DNA of 63,717 bases, filler included, from Globobulimina sp. (lineage: Eukaryota), in NCBI GenBank assembly GCA_003354225.1. It is 39 parts of 39 records of this genome, joined end to end, with 100 filler letters (N's around TTAATTAATTAA, not from the genome) between each part and the next. Parts side by side here need not be neighbours in the genome. Positions count along the whole stretch, not along the records: positions 22,921 to 24,457 come from PIVH01015145.1; positions 24,558 to 26,094 come from PIVH01015146.1; positions 26,195 to 27,731 come from PIVH01015147.1; positions 27,832 to 29,368 come from PIVH01015148.1; positions 29,469 to 31,005 come from PIVH01015149.1; positions 31,106 to 32,641 come from PIVH01015150.1; positions 32,742 to 34,277 come from PIVH01015151.1; positions 34,378 to 35,913 come from PIVH01015152.1; 31 more parts are not named here. The stretch is one strand, 5' to 3'. Of this stretch, positions 22,921 through 35,476 are shown one piece after another. Both the position numbers and the translations under genes were made by a program. Every line of letters starts with the position of its first letter. Position 1 is the first letter of the stretch. Below the pieces are notes generated by a model. The model was not told where the DNA came from and did no database searches. It saw nothing but the letters and a program-made list of their open reading frames with translations.

Positions 22921-24083
22921 ATGCTGGGATATGATGTAGTTGCATATAATTTTAACGTTACTGGTTGCCACTCAATATTAGGAAACAAAAAATATTCCTA
23001 TCAATTATCATCAGCAGATGTCCATGGTATTGGCAGATTGTATGAGTTTTGGTTTGCAGATCAAAATAATTTAAATATATTTAAAAGGTACACTCGCTTT
23101 GTTGTATCAATATAACTACATTCATATTATCATCATCTACATCTACAGTGATCCTTGGCGTTGGACACCTCGATTTGGTGGTTTTTCTAGTTATGGTACT
23201 TGTTGGTACGTATACGTTTCTATCCATATTCTAAAGAAAAAGCTGTCAAACTCATTAATCCTTATAATTACAGTGAACTTCCACCCGATTATGAATGGAC
23301 GTCAACATTCCAAGGTCCTGCGGCTGGCCCAGATAAAAACAGTTGTGGTTTCAGGGTACATACAGACGGATATTTGTATTTAAACCGTGTCAGCTCTTCG
23401 GACGATGCTTTCTTCTCCAACGCAGATGAAAATATTGAAAATGCTGAAACACGGTGGATTGAATGGTATGGTTCATTGACTGCGGGGCCATTTAATCATT
23501 ATTGTTTCTCAACGTTCGGACATTTAACAATCGATGATTGTGTTGAGTTTGGTCAACGCTATGCACCCGCTGCTGATCCAAATGAAGAGATATATTCTGT
23601 TGATGAGCAGTATTATGATGAATGGTTTGGTCAATATGATTATCAAAATAATACTTTTCCTGCTTGCATTGCGGTTTGTAGAATATGTCCAGAGTTAAGA
23701 TGTACTGTTATTTGTAGAATAATTGTTAAATATATATTGTTTTTAGTGGCAGCTGTCAACCAAGGGATGCTTGGTGTGCTTGGCAGGCCTGTCCACCGAG
23801 AAAAGGACAGGCATATCTTTTATTTGCTGTTATTGGATTAGGAGTGGTGTTGGTCATTGTATTTATTGTAGCATTTACATGTATTTATGGAAAAAGGAAT
23901 AAAACATTACAACAGAATTTTGAGCATTTGGCGGATGAGGAGAATACGAATATTAATGCAGCAAATAGTAGCAGTATAAATGATCAATATGTGCATGAAA
24001 AGGAAACTGGTGTTTGTGAAACCAATATTAGTGATGAAGCAATTCATGATAATATTCTTCAAACAGAAACCGGTCCGAGATAA
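22921..24083 (+). CDS. Spliced YHS-domain-like type I membrane protein
   Basis: GYDVVAY, YEFWFADQNNLNIF, intron 23088-23148, DPWRWTPRFGGFSSYG, a second intron, DGYLYLN, then a C-terminal TM helix and acidic tail. Confidence 0.55.
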
Positions 24084-24345
24084 TAAATGTCGCACAATTA
24101 AAAGTGATACATGTATTGTTTAAACAAAATATTATTAAATTATAAAATATATTTATTATTAAAGTCCGGTCACTATTCGGACATTTTTTTTCTGACAGGT
24201 AGGGATCCCACCGTTTTTAAAATATTTCTCCCATATACCATTTAAAATGCGAAGATACTAAATTACTAAAACAACACGATGTTGTTCCAGTTTATATAGC
24301 GGCAAAAAGAAAAAACTGTACGACGTTCATCTCCGCGGCAAAAGC

Positions 24346-24457
24346 ATGTCTCAAGAAGAACAATTTGAGAATACAGTATATAATCTTCCACAATGGGTCA
24401 AAGAAAATGAGCATTTATTCGCGCCACCAATATGTAATAAATTAATGTACAATGAAC
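24346..24457 (+). CDS. HAAO: 3-hydroxyanthranilate 3,4-dioxygenase, N-terminus, absent from the ORF track
   Basis: MSQEEQFENTVYNLPQWVKENEHLFAPPICNKLMYNE matches W..EN...F.PP.CNKL. Confidence 0.8.
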
Positions 24458-24559
24458 NNNNNNNNNNNNNNNNNNNNNNNNNNNNNNNNNNNNNNNNNNN
24501 NTTAATTAATTAANNNNNNNNNNNNNNNNNNNNNNNNNNNNNNNNNNNNNNNNNNNNCG

Positions 24560-25846
24560 CAAAGCAAAGGGTTCACGAATTGGGCGCCGGGGGAGCCCAA
24601 CAATGCCGGTTACAGCGAGAACTGCGTGGAGCTGTATGGCGGCAGCGGGAAATGGAACGATTTGGGCTGTGGCGCCAAGCGCTATTTTCTGTGCAATTTG
24701 CAGACTCGCTTGCAGCGAATGGATGGGAGCTTGAGGAAGGAGATGATTTTGAAGAGGCTGCGGAGACAGAAAGATGAGTGGAAGCGACATCGGAGGAAAG
24801 AATATAGGGCTAAAATCGCAGGGAAGTATAGGGCAAAGATGGCGAAATCGAGGCAGAAACAGGCGAAGTTGGTGAGGGAGTTTGGGCGGAAACAGAGGGA
24901 GGGATTTCGGCAGAATTTGTTCCAGCGGCAATATGGCGGGTTTATGAAGCAAATGGGGGCGGTGGGTATGGCGGGTACGGGCGGACTGAGTGCGTTGATG
25001 AGAGGGCGAAGGCACAGTGGGTTTCGGCGGAGGATGGTTGGAGTTGGACAGCAGAGCGTTGATAGGATACATGCTATGAATGGGAATGGGATGGCGCCGA
25101 GGAAGAAAATGGTGGAATTGGATATGAATATGGATGCGCGAGAGATGTTGGATACGTTTGGTGTGGGTTATTATGAGGAGGTGGATGGTGTGGATGTGAA
25201 ATGTAAGTTGTTTGTTGGGAGTGGATTGTATGAAATGTGCATTGATGAGAATGGGATTGAGGTTAAGAAGTATTTGAGAAAGGAATGTGGTGTGGATGTG
25301 CTTGTGGTGGGTGATGAGACTAAGAATGTTTCAAATGATTATATGAATTATATGGAATATGAAGATTTTAAATATAAATTGGCGATGAAGTGTGAGGATA
25401 ATCGCGCTTTTGATGTGGATGTGGATGATATTGAAGATGTCGATAATTATCATTTGATAGTAATAGAATTTGTGTATGATTTTGATAGAAATCATAATAG
25501 ACAATGTTTGAAATATTTATATGCATTTGAAGTATGTTTGGAATTGGATGAGAATGAGAATAATAAGATGGTGCTGGAAATCAGGAGACCGAATAAAATT
25601 GTATTTGCATCGAAACTAATCAAATTTTATAATGACAAGGAATGGAATGAAATTAATGAATTATATGATGAACAGAATGAAAATATAATGGTTATCACTA
25701 AATGTATCCATATGTTTGATGCCAAGATTTGTATAAAATGTAGCAATGAAATAATGAATCTCAGTGAAAATGACGCAATGCCTTTGTCATTGTCATACGT
25801 AGCTAATGTATTCATACACGAACACGATCATTCTTTCGTTCATTAA
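24560..25846 (+). CDS. C-type lectin domain (C-terminal half), basic linker and unknown domain
   Basis: [22 protein letters not shown]...GKWNDLGC...YFLC, with EPN and WND motifs. Confidence 0.75.
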   Translation, partial: QSKGFTNWAPGEPNNAGYSENCVELYGGSGKWNDLGCGAKRYFLCNLQTRLQRMDGSLRKEMILKRLRRQKDEWKRHRRKEYRAKIAGKYRAKMAKSRQKQAKLVREFGRKQREGFRQNLFQRQYGGFMKQMGAVGMAGTGGLSALMRGRRHSGFRRRMVGVGQQSVDRIHAMNGNGMAPRKKMVELDMNMDAREMLDTFGVGYYEEVDGVDVKCKLFVGSGLYEMCIDENGIEVKKYLRKECGVDVLVVGDETKNVSNDYMNYMEYEDFKYKLAMKCEDNRAFDVDVDDIEDVDNYHLIVIEFVYDFDRNHNRQCLKYLYAFEVCLELDENENNKMVLEIRRPNKIVFASKLIKFYNDKEWNEINELYDEQNENIMVITKCIHMFDAKICIKCSNEIMNLSENDAMPLSLSYVANVFIHEHDHSFVH

Positions 25847-26194
25847 CTTTTTTGCAATTGGCACAAACAATGAGTTCGTCCGTATAAATGAATTTCACCC
25901 CAAATACGGACAACAATGCATCAATCCTGATTTAAGTGAATGATCATTAAACGAACAGTTTGTAAATAAGAATATGAATAATGATCCAAGAATGTGTTAT
26001 AATTAAATATTGATTGACTTTTTAGGTTGACACTTCTTTTGCGTTTGGCTGAGTTTTTTTTAAGTTTTTAACAAAGCAACTTCTGCGTCTTAATNNNNNN
26101 NNNNNNNNNNNNNNNNNNNNNNNNNNNNNNNNNNNNNNTTAATTAATTAANNNNNNNNNNNNNNNNNNNNNNNNNNNNNNNNNNNNNNNNNNNN

Positions 26195-26825
26195 GCAATG
26201 AGCCCTTCCATTTGCCGCTTTGCAGAATCTGAAGAGCGACACGAAGACTGGTAGAGTGGAAAAGAACTCTTGGCTCATGATCTGTGGTGGCCAATTCACC
26301 TTCTCCGTGTGGCCCTAGTTCTGCATGCAGCGGGATGGTAAAGCGCTCACCGATACGGTGCAATTTGATTGTTTTAATTTGGTTCCGTTTGACAAATGTA
26401 CCGTGATTTGGTTTACAATTCCAATATTTGCGATGTTTGACAATGCCGTTATGTGAGCCGGTGGAGGTCGATAATATTAAACCGCACCAAGTATGCGATT
26501 GGAATCCCAAAGTCCCAATGAATTTTATTTTACCTTCTCGTCCGTCCTTTAATTCAACAATGTCGTTGTATGAAAAAACAATGGCTTCCACTAGTTTGCA
26601 TTTACCGTTTATTGTAATGTCTGGTTGCGATGTTGGGCTTTGTTGTGTGGTGTGCTTTTGTCGAAGTTTGCGTTGCTCCATTTCTTGTTGTTTTATTTCT
26701 GCTGCAATTTGTTGTTGCATTTCTAATGCCATACTGTCGATATTTGTGATTGTATCTGCGCTGTCTTCATCATCTCCATTGATACTGCCTTCATCCAAAT
26801 ATTCAATTTCTAAGTCTGCCATAGA
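26195..26825 (-). CDS. CAP-Gly domain protein, partial
   Basis: GKIKFIG...WCGLIL...GSHNGIVKHRKYWNCKPNHGTFVK. Confidence 0.8.
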
Positions 26826-27124
26826 TGCAATCCACAAATCAATAGGCGATAAATATAAATGTTTCTCGATTGCTCATGCACGGATGAGTGATGACAAATG
26901 ATGATAAAGTTCAAAAAAAAACTTTAATGCTATTTAATATACCGTCCTTAGTTGAATTATTTAACATATAACGTGGTGAGCAATACATTGCGTTTAGTGA
27001 GGAAAGTATGCTAAATAATTCAACTAGGCACTGGAATATGAAAACTATTATTAATTATATACTATTATCCTTGCACAAAATACAACTAACAAATGGCTTT
27101 AGATTGTCTATATTCCTAAACAGA

Positions 27125-27731
27125 TTATTCAAGCAAAAGAGGTTGAATTTCTGTAGTTTCTGTAGTTCCCGCACCTATTTCCTCCGACAGGGGAAGGGAA
27201 TCTTTTCTTTTTTTATCCATTTTTAAATACTTTGAAATGACATAATATATTGCAAAAACTGCATTTATTGCTAAACAAACACCAAAATATATATAGGTTT
27301 CCGTCACCAAAAAGCCGATAATAGTCGACATAAATCCCATTAACAATATAAAACAAATCCATGCTCCATACATTCCCAAAGGCACAGAAAATAGTCGTTG
27401 ACAATTTGGTTCATAATATTTCAACGTCATGAATCCCAAAACAATCACACAAAACGTAATAAAATAGAAATAAATACAAACTCCAATCACAATGCCAGCA
27501 TCCACCCATAAACAATTAATGGCGGTGATGCTTGTTTGGAACAATACTGCTCGGACAGGCGCACCGGTGCTCCCCCACAATGTACCCAACCTATTTTACA
27601 TCAAATACAAATATATATTTACTTAGAAATAATAAGATAATATGTCAGAACAAACCAGTTTTGCGGCAACACCGCAATCGGAATTCGTCGATACAGTAGA
27701 TTTTCATCGTAAGGAATATCCTCATCGCCAT
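27125..27731 (-). CDS. Amino-acid permease (APC family), C-terminal fragment with an intron
   Basis: TGAPVRAVL, LKYYEPNCQRLFSVPLG and several TM helices. Confidence 0.6.
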
Positions 27732-27871
27732 NNNNNNNNNNNNNNNNNNNNNNNNNNNNNNNNNNNNNNNNNNNNTTAATTAATTAANNNNNNNNNNNNN
27801 NNNNNNNNNNNNNNNNNNNNNNNNNNNNNNNTCGCAATCGAAGACCACAAGACGTATGAGTAGAATATCGA

Positions 27872-28048
27872 TTAGCTTGATGTATGTTCTTCACTACGCT
27901 CCCCATCTCTCATTTTTCGATATAGCTCAACCAAATGTTCGAATTCGTCATCACTCATTCCATCAACACGAAGTGTTTCTGTCATGGCCTTAATCATTTC
28001 CATTCTATTCATTCTACCAGCTTGCCACTCGACACATAATAGGCACAT
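27872..28048 (-). CDS. Small phage-like protein (58 aa), absent from the ORF track
   Basis: MCLLCVEWQAGRMNRMEMIKAMTE..., GAGG RBS, starts 1 nt after the upstream stop. Confidence 0.5.
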   Translation of the reverse strand: MCLLCVEWQAGRMNRMEMIKAMTETLRVDGMSDDEFEHLVELYRKMRDGERSEEHTSS

Positions 28049-28049
28049 C

Positions 28050-28394
28050 TTAAAGTTCCTCTTCTAAGTAGTTAATGTTTTCAGTCTGCAAAGCCGCAAG
28101 ACAAATTGCCATCGCCATAGTTTCAGCCGAAGCAGTGGTATCATCAAAGCTGCAAGTATCCGCACCATCAAACACCAAAATAACCTGATCAAAGGTCGGC
28201 CTTAAGTAGTAAACAATTTCCATCGCTATTGTTAGGTTGGTAGAATAGCGTGGAATCGCTGTATGTTCTCCTGAATCCATTTGACAGACCCATCGTCCGT
28301 CTGGATTACAGTGAGCATCAAAGCCAAAGATAAACTCTGAAATTAATGCATCAATCCGCCGTTGCATTTTTGTTGTCCTTTCGTATAGGTTCAA
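28050..28394 (-). CDS. Phage ABA-sandwich-domain-like protein
   Basis: IDALISEFIFG...PRYSTNLTIAMEIV...AETMAMAICLAAL. Confidence 0.65.
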   Translation of the reverse strand: MNLYERTTKMQRRIDALISEFIFGFDAHCNPDGRWVCQMDSGEHTAIPRYSTNLTIAMEIVYYLRPTFDQVILVFDGADTCSFDDTTASAETMAMAICLAALQTENINYLEEEL

Positions 28395-28484
28395 CCCACG
28401 TTCTTACGTAGGTCTCATAGTTTCTCTTTAATTAGTAGTTCAGCCATTAAATATTTGCGAAACATCCAAAACAACATAAAAACA

Positions 28485-29368
28485 ATGAAACAGAAATGGT
28501 TGGATAAGTATAAATTATTACCAATCTCTCATGTATCGTATGACAATGATATGATTGCGTCGATATTTGTTCGTTCATACAATATCCAATGGGTACAAAT
28601 GCCAAACGAAACAAAACGAAAATGGTTGATACAAACAGGAAATGTAAAATCTTTTTTTAGTGTCTGGAACGTTATTAAAAAACGCCAATTGTACAAATAT
28701 AATCGTACAATATTTGAATGCATCGAGAAAATGTGTAATGATATCGATATTTCTGTTCCTATTCATCATAATGTGGACGAGTCGGTGTTGATTGTATTGA
28801 AGAAAATATATATTCAAACGATGCAAATTGTTGTCATGTTTAACAATGAAAAAGTAATAAATAATAAATATCAAAAACAGAGGTCAAAAGATTGCATGGA
28901 AGATAATAAAGAAAGTTGTGCTGATAATCAATTGCAGATAAATGCGGATGAAATTGGAAACGAATCCGTTGATCATAAATCTGAATATGAGTTGTATGAT
29001 TATCATAAATTTAACCTTCAAGAATTAATCCGTACACACATGGAATTTGTGGTGGTGAATAGGAAAAAATATTTTGAAATTGACGAATTGAAGCAACTGT
29101 TATCCACTGCCCATTATATGAATGGATTTCAAAAGTACTCGTTTTTGAAAACACTGTTGTCATTCAATAATGATTGGATTGAAAATATCATAAATATCAA
29201 ACATAATCGTGATGAATATATTATTTGTTGGAAAAATTTGATGAAATATTTAATTTCTTCGGATGTTGATTATTCAATAAATTGTGTCTCGCAGTGGCTG
29301 TCAATATTTATCGATGAATCCAAATTTATATTAAATACGGTTGGCAATCAATTAAATACCGATGGTTC
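28485..29368 (+). CDS. Hypothetical eukaryotic protein, partial
   Basis: Long AT-rich ORF with no recognised domain. Confidence 0.45.
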
Positions 29369-29468
29369 NNNNNNNNNNNNNNNNNNNNNNNNNNNNNNNN
29401 NNNNNNNNNNNNTTAATTAATTAANNNNNNNNNNNNNNNNNNNNNNNNNNNNNNNNNNNNNNNNNNNN

Positions 29469-30463
29469 TGATATTATCATGTGACATCATGACTGCTTTT
29501 GGAGGACCTGGGCATACATATTTTGGTTGAAAACAGCATCAAAAAAACACAAAAATGGTGTGACAGTGACAAACCTGTAGTGCCCGAGGTATATATCAAT
29601 GTGCAACATTGCCCTGCTGTAATATTTGCGATTCGTTTTTTCATTTCGATGTCTAAGGCATTCATTCTCTCGCTATCCTCAGCATCGCCTAACTTCATAA
29701 ACTCGTTCCAATGTATCACTTTTGCACTGTTGTCGCTCTCACACGCTTTGTTTGCCTCTGCTATTACGGGGTCATTCTCGTCGATGTCCCATATTACAAT
29801 CACCTTTAAATCGGCTAAATCTTTGCGAATTTGCAGGAATTTATCCAATTGTTTTTTGTTTTCGACGATAACGACTGCGGACTTGCTGTGGGCCGCGATG
29901 TATTTGCATTGTCCGGCATTGTTTGAGGTGTATATACCAGCCACGATACCGCCGGCATAGATGGCTCCCAAATCCGCGATTAGCCATTGCGGAGAGTTGA
30001 AACCGATGATGGAAACCGATTGCCACGCTTCTAAGCCGCAGGCAATGAAAGCACGGCCGGCTTGTTTGGTCAAATCGAGCACGTTTTGCCGTGTCCAGGT
30101 CTTCCATTCATATTCCGTGCTGGATCCGGATTGTAAATATTCTTTCTTCCAATAGATGGAATTTGGTGCGTTGGCGACGCTTTTTTCAAGCATTTCAAAA
30201 ATGCGCATTGGTTTCCATGAGGCTGGACCGCGGCGGGAACGACGAATTGTAATTGCATCCCATGGGTTGGTGACGTAATGTTTCGATGATGGAGGATATT
30301 GAGCTGTGTAATCGTCTGATTTTAATTCAGTGTAATGATGTTCATGCACAAATTTGGCTTCTTTGAACAATGTTTTATAAGCTACATAAGATGCTATTCC
30401 CACGGATGCGTATAGTACCCAGTTTGGTACTGTTCCTGTGTTATCTTCGTCAGACGCTGACAT
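29469..30463 (-). CDS. Long-chain fatty acid-CoA ligase (ACSBG/bubblegum type), 5' part
   Basis: VSIIGFNSPQWLIADLGAIYAGGIVAGIYTSN, CCTLIYTSGTT, intron, GPPKAVMMSHDNI. Confidence 0.9.
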
Positions 30464-30521
30464 TCTTTTTTTTATAAAGCTAGCTTTAAATAAATACAGT
30501 GGTTGGACCCGACAAATAATA

Positions 30522-31005
30522 ATGCAAAACAGAAGAAGAAGTTTGGCTCAATCATTAGATGGAAGTGATGATGACTCGTTACCAGCAACAAAACGACAGA
30601 AAATTAACCATAAAGATAACTACAATGACACCCCATCCATGCTGACAATTCCAATTTGTTATGACAGAAAGAGGCCTTTAGCTTACGTACCTTTTTGGAT
30701 TTGTGGTAATTCAACAGACACCATATTACACAAACCTTCCCAGCTACATCATGTCCTCTATCCACCAGCAGAATTTTTAAATTCAACACAATATCCATTT
30801 TTAAGAGTCTGTAATATCCCAAAAAATCTAATTCTTGCACTCGATACACTGAATTTTGGAGATCGTTTCTATAGTGGTGATATTTACAAATACAGTCATC
30901 CTCTATCCCTAAAATACCAAACCAGTAAATTTAATACGAATGACTTGACAAAATTTATAAATTTTAAAGTCGATGCATTCCATAAACAAAAAGATACGTA
31001 TACTG
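30522..31005 (+). CDS. Hypothetical protein, 5' part
   Basis: ATG 58 nt from the ACSBG start, NLS-like PATKRQK, open to the contig end. Confidence 0.5.
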
Positions 31006-31950
31006 NNNNNNNNNNNNNNNNNNNNNNNNNNNNNNNNNNNNNNNNNNNNTTAATTAATTAANNNNNNNNNNNNNNNNNNNNNNNNNNNNNNNNNNNNNNN
31101 NNNNNTTTATATTTAGACGACTGGTGGTGCGTAAGGGCGTGCTCCGCGGCAGTATTTATATTTAAAATCTGTAAAACTAAAACGTAATCCTTTCGAACCA
31201 ATCTACAGGGAAAGTATACCAACTATATATGCACTCAAAACTAGAATGCATAGCAATAACAACATCATTATATATATTAGCACAGATCCATGATAAATCA
31301 TTGCGACGTTATAAAAATTTGCATGTAATAAGCTTATCATTCCCCAAACCAAAAAACATACAAATACTAGCATCTGGTCCATATTATAGGCAAATAGGAA
31401 TAGATACAGATGGCTTTGTATGTCATTTGAAATTATGGTATACACAAAAGGCCACGAAACAAACCTGGATTAATGCATAAAACCAGTGCTCTTCCAATTG
31501 AGCTACGTGAAAATTATGCACCAGCAAATCACCAACAACAAAATGAATATAAAAGCTTATGCTGAGGTCTTCGATAAGAACAGCACAAAACAAAAAAACC
31601 TTTTCGAACAGCAAAAAAAATCAGGAGAGCCCTATTTGGTTTGTAACCCTTTCAATTTCAAACCAATGCTCTGCCAATTGAGCTAGACTGCCATTTTTCT
31701 CATTTCTTGTATTTACCATTATTGAATTCCTATGTGGAGCTAGGACTATTTTTCAAACTTCGTAACTGTGCGTTAGCAGCAGTCAATCCAAAATTTGGCA
31801 TCCATTCATACTTTTTTTGTTTTTTTTGGTTTTCTGTTTTGTTTTGTTAGTGGTCAAGCAAACTAGTGTTCTTCTTCAAAACTCTAAAAAAAATGAGGTT
31901 GATATTTTTTTAATAAATTTAAAAAACCAAATGTTTGTTTTGCATACAAT

Positions 31951-32641
31951 TTATTTGTCTTCTTTATTTTCATCAAATTGAGTTTGTGCTCCCCAAAACC
32001 ATTTAGGTGTTTCATTAAAATCGGGATGAAGTGCTCTTAAAAATTCCTCATAATCGATAGTACCGTCTTTATCTAAATCAACAGAGTCAATTATTTGTAT
32101 TAACTCATCTGCTTTTCCATACATGTCCATTTGTTTGAGTTTTTGTTTTAACTGCGATGTTTTGATTTTGCCGTCTTCATCGTCGTCCAAATCACGAAAT
32201 GCTTCATATAAACGCTGATCAGACGCTATTAAGTAATCGTGCACCGCCGCATTCACCAACGCCTCGAAATCTATATTTATTTATTTATTGATTACACGCA
32301 TAATCGCAACAAATATATATATACTCAACTAATTTCACCAATGTTTCCAACATCCAATTCTGTAAACATTTTTTTTATTTCTTGTTCATTTAAATTTAAA
32401 TCCTTTGAATTCACCATTCCAGCTTTAAATTCTTGATAATCAATGGTACCATTACCGTCTTTATCCAATGCTTTGAATAATTTTTTTAAATTTTCAAAAT
32501 GTTGAGGTCGCATTTTTTCATATTTATCACGAAATAATGCCGTAATCGCATGTTTAAACTGATTGGAAGCGGCAAAATTAGCAAATTGATATCCTAATTC
32601 TTTTGTAATTGCACCGTCTTCATCCTCCTCTTTTCTTCTTT
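31951..32641 (-). CDS. Calcium-dependent protein kinase-like junction and EF-hand region, intron 32271-32329
   Basis: LANFAASNQFKHAI junction. EF-hands DKDGNGTIDYQEF, DVGNIGEI, DDDEDGKI, DLDKDGTIDYEEF. Confidence 0.8.
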
Positions 32642-33052
32642 NNNNNNNNNNNNNNNNNNNNNNNNNNNNNNNNNNNNNNNNNNNNTTAATTAATTAANNN
32701 NNNNNNNNNNNNNNNNNNNNNNNNNNNNNNNNNNNNNNNNNTACACAAATTAAGACACACAATAGACATTGACACATTGAGCATTTAAGTGAATTGAAAG
32801 GAAAGTCACATTGTGCATTCCAATTTTAAATGATTTTGCATCCCTTTTCAAACGGTTGATTCTTGCCATCCGTTCGCATTGTCATCCATGTATCTTCATG
32901 ATTAATTTGTGCTCTTTTTGGCATACAGTAGTGTTCCCGATAAGATATACATGTATGATCACATAATACTTGGCAGACATTAGTAATATTCAACTCCTAA
33001 ATATACACTCTAATGTTAAGGTTGGAAAAAACACTTAGTTAGACATAGTCTA

Positions 33053-34237
33053 ATGGCAGCTAAACAAAATAATGAAACAGAAAGTACATTACGATCACAA
33101 GAAACTATATCAAGGCTACGTGAAGCATTGGCAAATATGAACAAAGATTACATGCAAACAAAATTAGAATTGGATCAAATGAAAGAATCAAAATCAGAGC
33201 AACAACAACAACAACAACAAAAACCAGATTTGGGGACACATCTTTTAAAATTTTCATCAAAAGTTAAAGCATTTCAATCCAATATAAATACCAAATTGGC
33301 CACAGCCGGACTGCAAATGAATAAATTGGAGCAACAACAGCAAGAATCGGCAGATAATAATAATAATAATAACACAATGGCAATGGTTGAAAATGGAGAT
33401 AATATTATTAATAATTACAAAGAAAGGCGAAGATTGCGCGACGATGTCGAATCATTACAAACGCAAATGAATAATTATAAGACTTTTTTGAAGCTATCAA
33501 TGGAGGAAAAGGACTTATTACAAAAAGAAAGGAACGAATTATTAATAAAATATGGCGAATCCGATCAGGAAATCAAAAGATTAAAAAAACAAAGCATTTC
33601 TGACTCAAATCGTTATGAACAATTATTAGACTCATTTCGTGCAGAAAATAGTTCGCAAATTGAAATTGAAAAAAAAAAATTATATAAAGAATGCGATGAG
33701 AAAATTAATTTATTAAATACAAATTGCAATGAATTTAAACAAAAATATGAAAAATTGCAAGAAACATACAATCAAAACGAAGAGAAATGGAATGATAAAT
33801 TTGATCTTGTTCTCACAGAAAGAAATTCATTGAAAAGAAAAGTAAAATCATTACAAAATGATTTATACGAACATGTTCATATTAATATAAATAACAAAAA
33901 TAAACATAAAAATATAAAAAAAAATAACAACAGCAATAATGATTATGATTTATCGATGATCGCCAAATTGAACAATGACAAAATCAAATTAAAAAATCAA
34001 ATCTCTGACTTAACAAAAAATCATAACATTGAAAAAAGCACTTTATTAAATACAATAAAGCGATTATCGTCAAAATCCGCGATCCAATCAAAAGGATCGG
34101 ATATGCAATGTTTAGTAAATAGTTTATCAGATATTATCACTGAAAAGCAAGACATTATTCAATCATTAAAACAATCAAAAAAATATTTAGGTCATAAAGT
34201 TCTAGAATTAGAACAAGAAATTAATAAACTCAAATAA
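33053..34237 (+). CDS. Coiled-coil protein with polyQ/polyN tracts
   Basis: Complete 394-aa ORF, heptad-rich. Confidence 0.7.
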   Translation: MAAKQNNETESTLRSQETISRLREALANMNKDYMQTKLELDQMKESKSEQQQQQQQKPDLGTHLLKFSSKVKAFQSNINTKLATAGLQMNKLEQQQQESADNNNNNNTMAMVENGDNIINNYKERRRLRDDVESLQTQMNNYKTFLKLSMEEKDLLQKERNELLIKYGESDQEIKRLKKQSISDSNRYEQLLDSFRAENSSQIEIEKKKLYKECDEKINLLNTNCNEFKQKYEKLQETYNQNEEKWNDKFDLVLTERNSLKRKVKSLQNDLYEHVHININNKNKHKNIKKNNNSNNDYDLSMIAKLNNDKIKLKNQISDLTKNHNIEKSTLLNTIKRLSSKSAIQSKGSDMQCLVNSLSDIITEKQDIIQSLKQSKKYLGHKVLELEQEINKLK

Positions 34238-34377
34238 AATAAAATAAATTCCATTTATTATTATTGTTGTTGTTTTTNNNNNNNNNNNNNNNNNNNNNNN
34301 NNNNNNNNNNNNNNNNNNNNNTTAATTAATTAANNNNNNNNNNNNNNNNNNNNNNNNNNNNNNNNNNNNNNNNNNNN

Positions 34378-35202
34378 AGTAAATTGTCCCAATTTTGTTG
34401 TTAGACTGTCGAGATAGGTGTTAATTTGTTCATTTGTCAGAGAAGTAGATGGTTGATTTTTAGGCACAGAGTAGATTGGTCTAGGAAAAGGGGAAATAAG
34501 TATTATTCTAGATGCAAAAGGTTGAAGTTTTGCCATATACGACAGGAAGATTTCCGGATCCACGAAAGACCGAATAGGTGAATATTGATTAACATTAAAA
34601 GGGTCCCTCTTTTCGAGTGCATTGGTTGCAGCAAAATATGGAAACGGAATAATGTCACATGTAAAACAAGACAAAACTACTGTACAGGTGGAGAAACAAC
34701 GCATGATTAAGTAGGCAATTCGACAGAGATATTTTGTTCGAAAACCTGGCAATGAGATTACAGCAATGTCGGTTGACATGTATAGAGATGATACCATCGA
34801 ATCACCAATAACTATCTTTGATCGGGGATAGGAACTCGACTTTTGGTCAAAAATTTTATTCACACAGCTCAGGAAGAGACAATGCAAGCAATAAAATTTG
34901 GGTTGAGGATTGCAGCATCCTTTGATAATCTGTATCAGTTTTGCTGCTGACATGGGATTGTGGTTCTTCTCAAAAGCTTTATGTAAATACATTTCCCAAA
35001 ATTCTATATCTATGACAGGGGTCGAATTATCAGAGGAAACAGAAAAAATGTCTAATGGAATATCCAAAATATAGAAGAAAAACATATTTAAAAGCTCTGC
35101 TTTAGAGCGAGGGTATATTATTGGCAATGGCATATCCATTCTTATGGTATTGAGAGAAAATATGGTATGGTGGTAGGGTAGTATAACACTGGTGATATGC
35201 AC
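34378..35202 (-). CDS. SGNH/GDSL-like domain protein, possibly retroelement-derived
   Basis: KIVIGDSMV, ISLPG, IILISPFPRP, NEQIN. The contig is less AT-rich than the host contigs. Confidence 0.4.
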
Positions 35203-35351
35203 AGCTGGTGATGGTGGGGCAACCTAGTGAGGAGATACTGTAGATTCCAAAAAAAATTGCACAAGGTTTAAAAGGACCAGACTTGTGAGTACAATTTAGA
35301 AACCCTGCCCATACAGCAAGCAAACAGAATGCACGACACGACACGACCTAC

Positions 35352-35476
35352 AAATTTTCACATTACCCATCAAATGGCCCATCCCATACAATGTTTTTGC
35401 TGCCATAGAATAATTACACGGACAAAGACAGGGAAATTTGTCTCCCGCCCATTAAATTTTCACATTACCCATCAAA
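35352..35476. repeat. 23-bp direct repeat, two copies
   Basis: AAATTTTCACATTACCCATCAAA at 35352 and 35454. Confidence 0.85.

Noticed and set aside
23150-23200. Selenocysteine in the YHS-like protein
   Set aside because: No in-frame TGA at the GGFxxYG motif.
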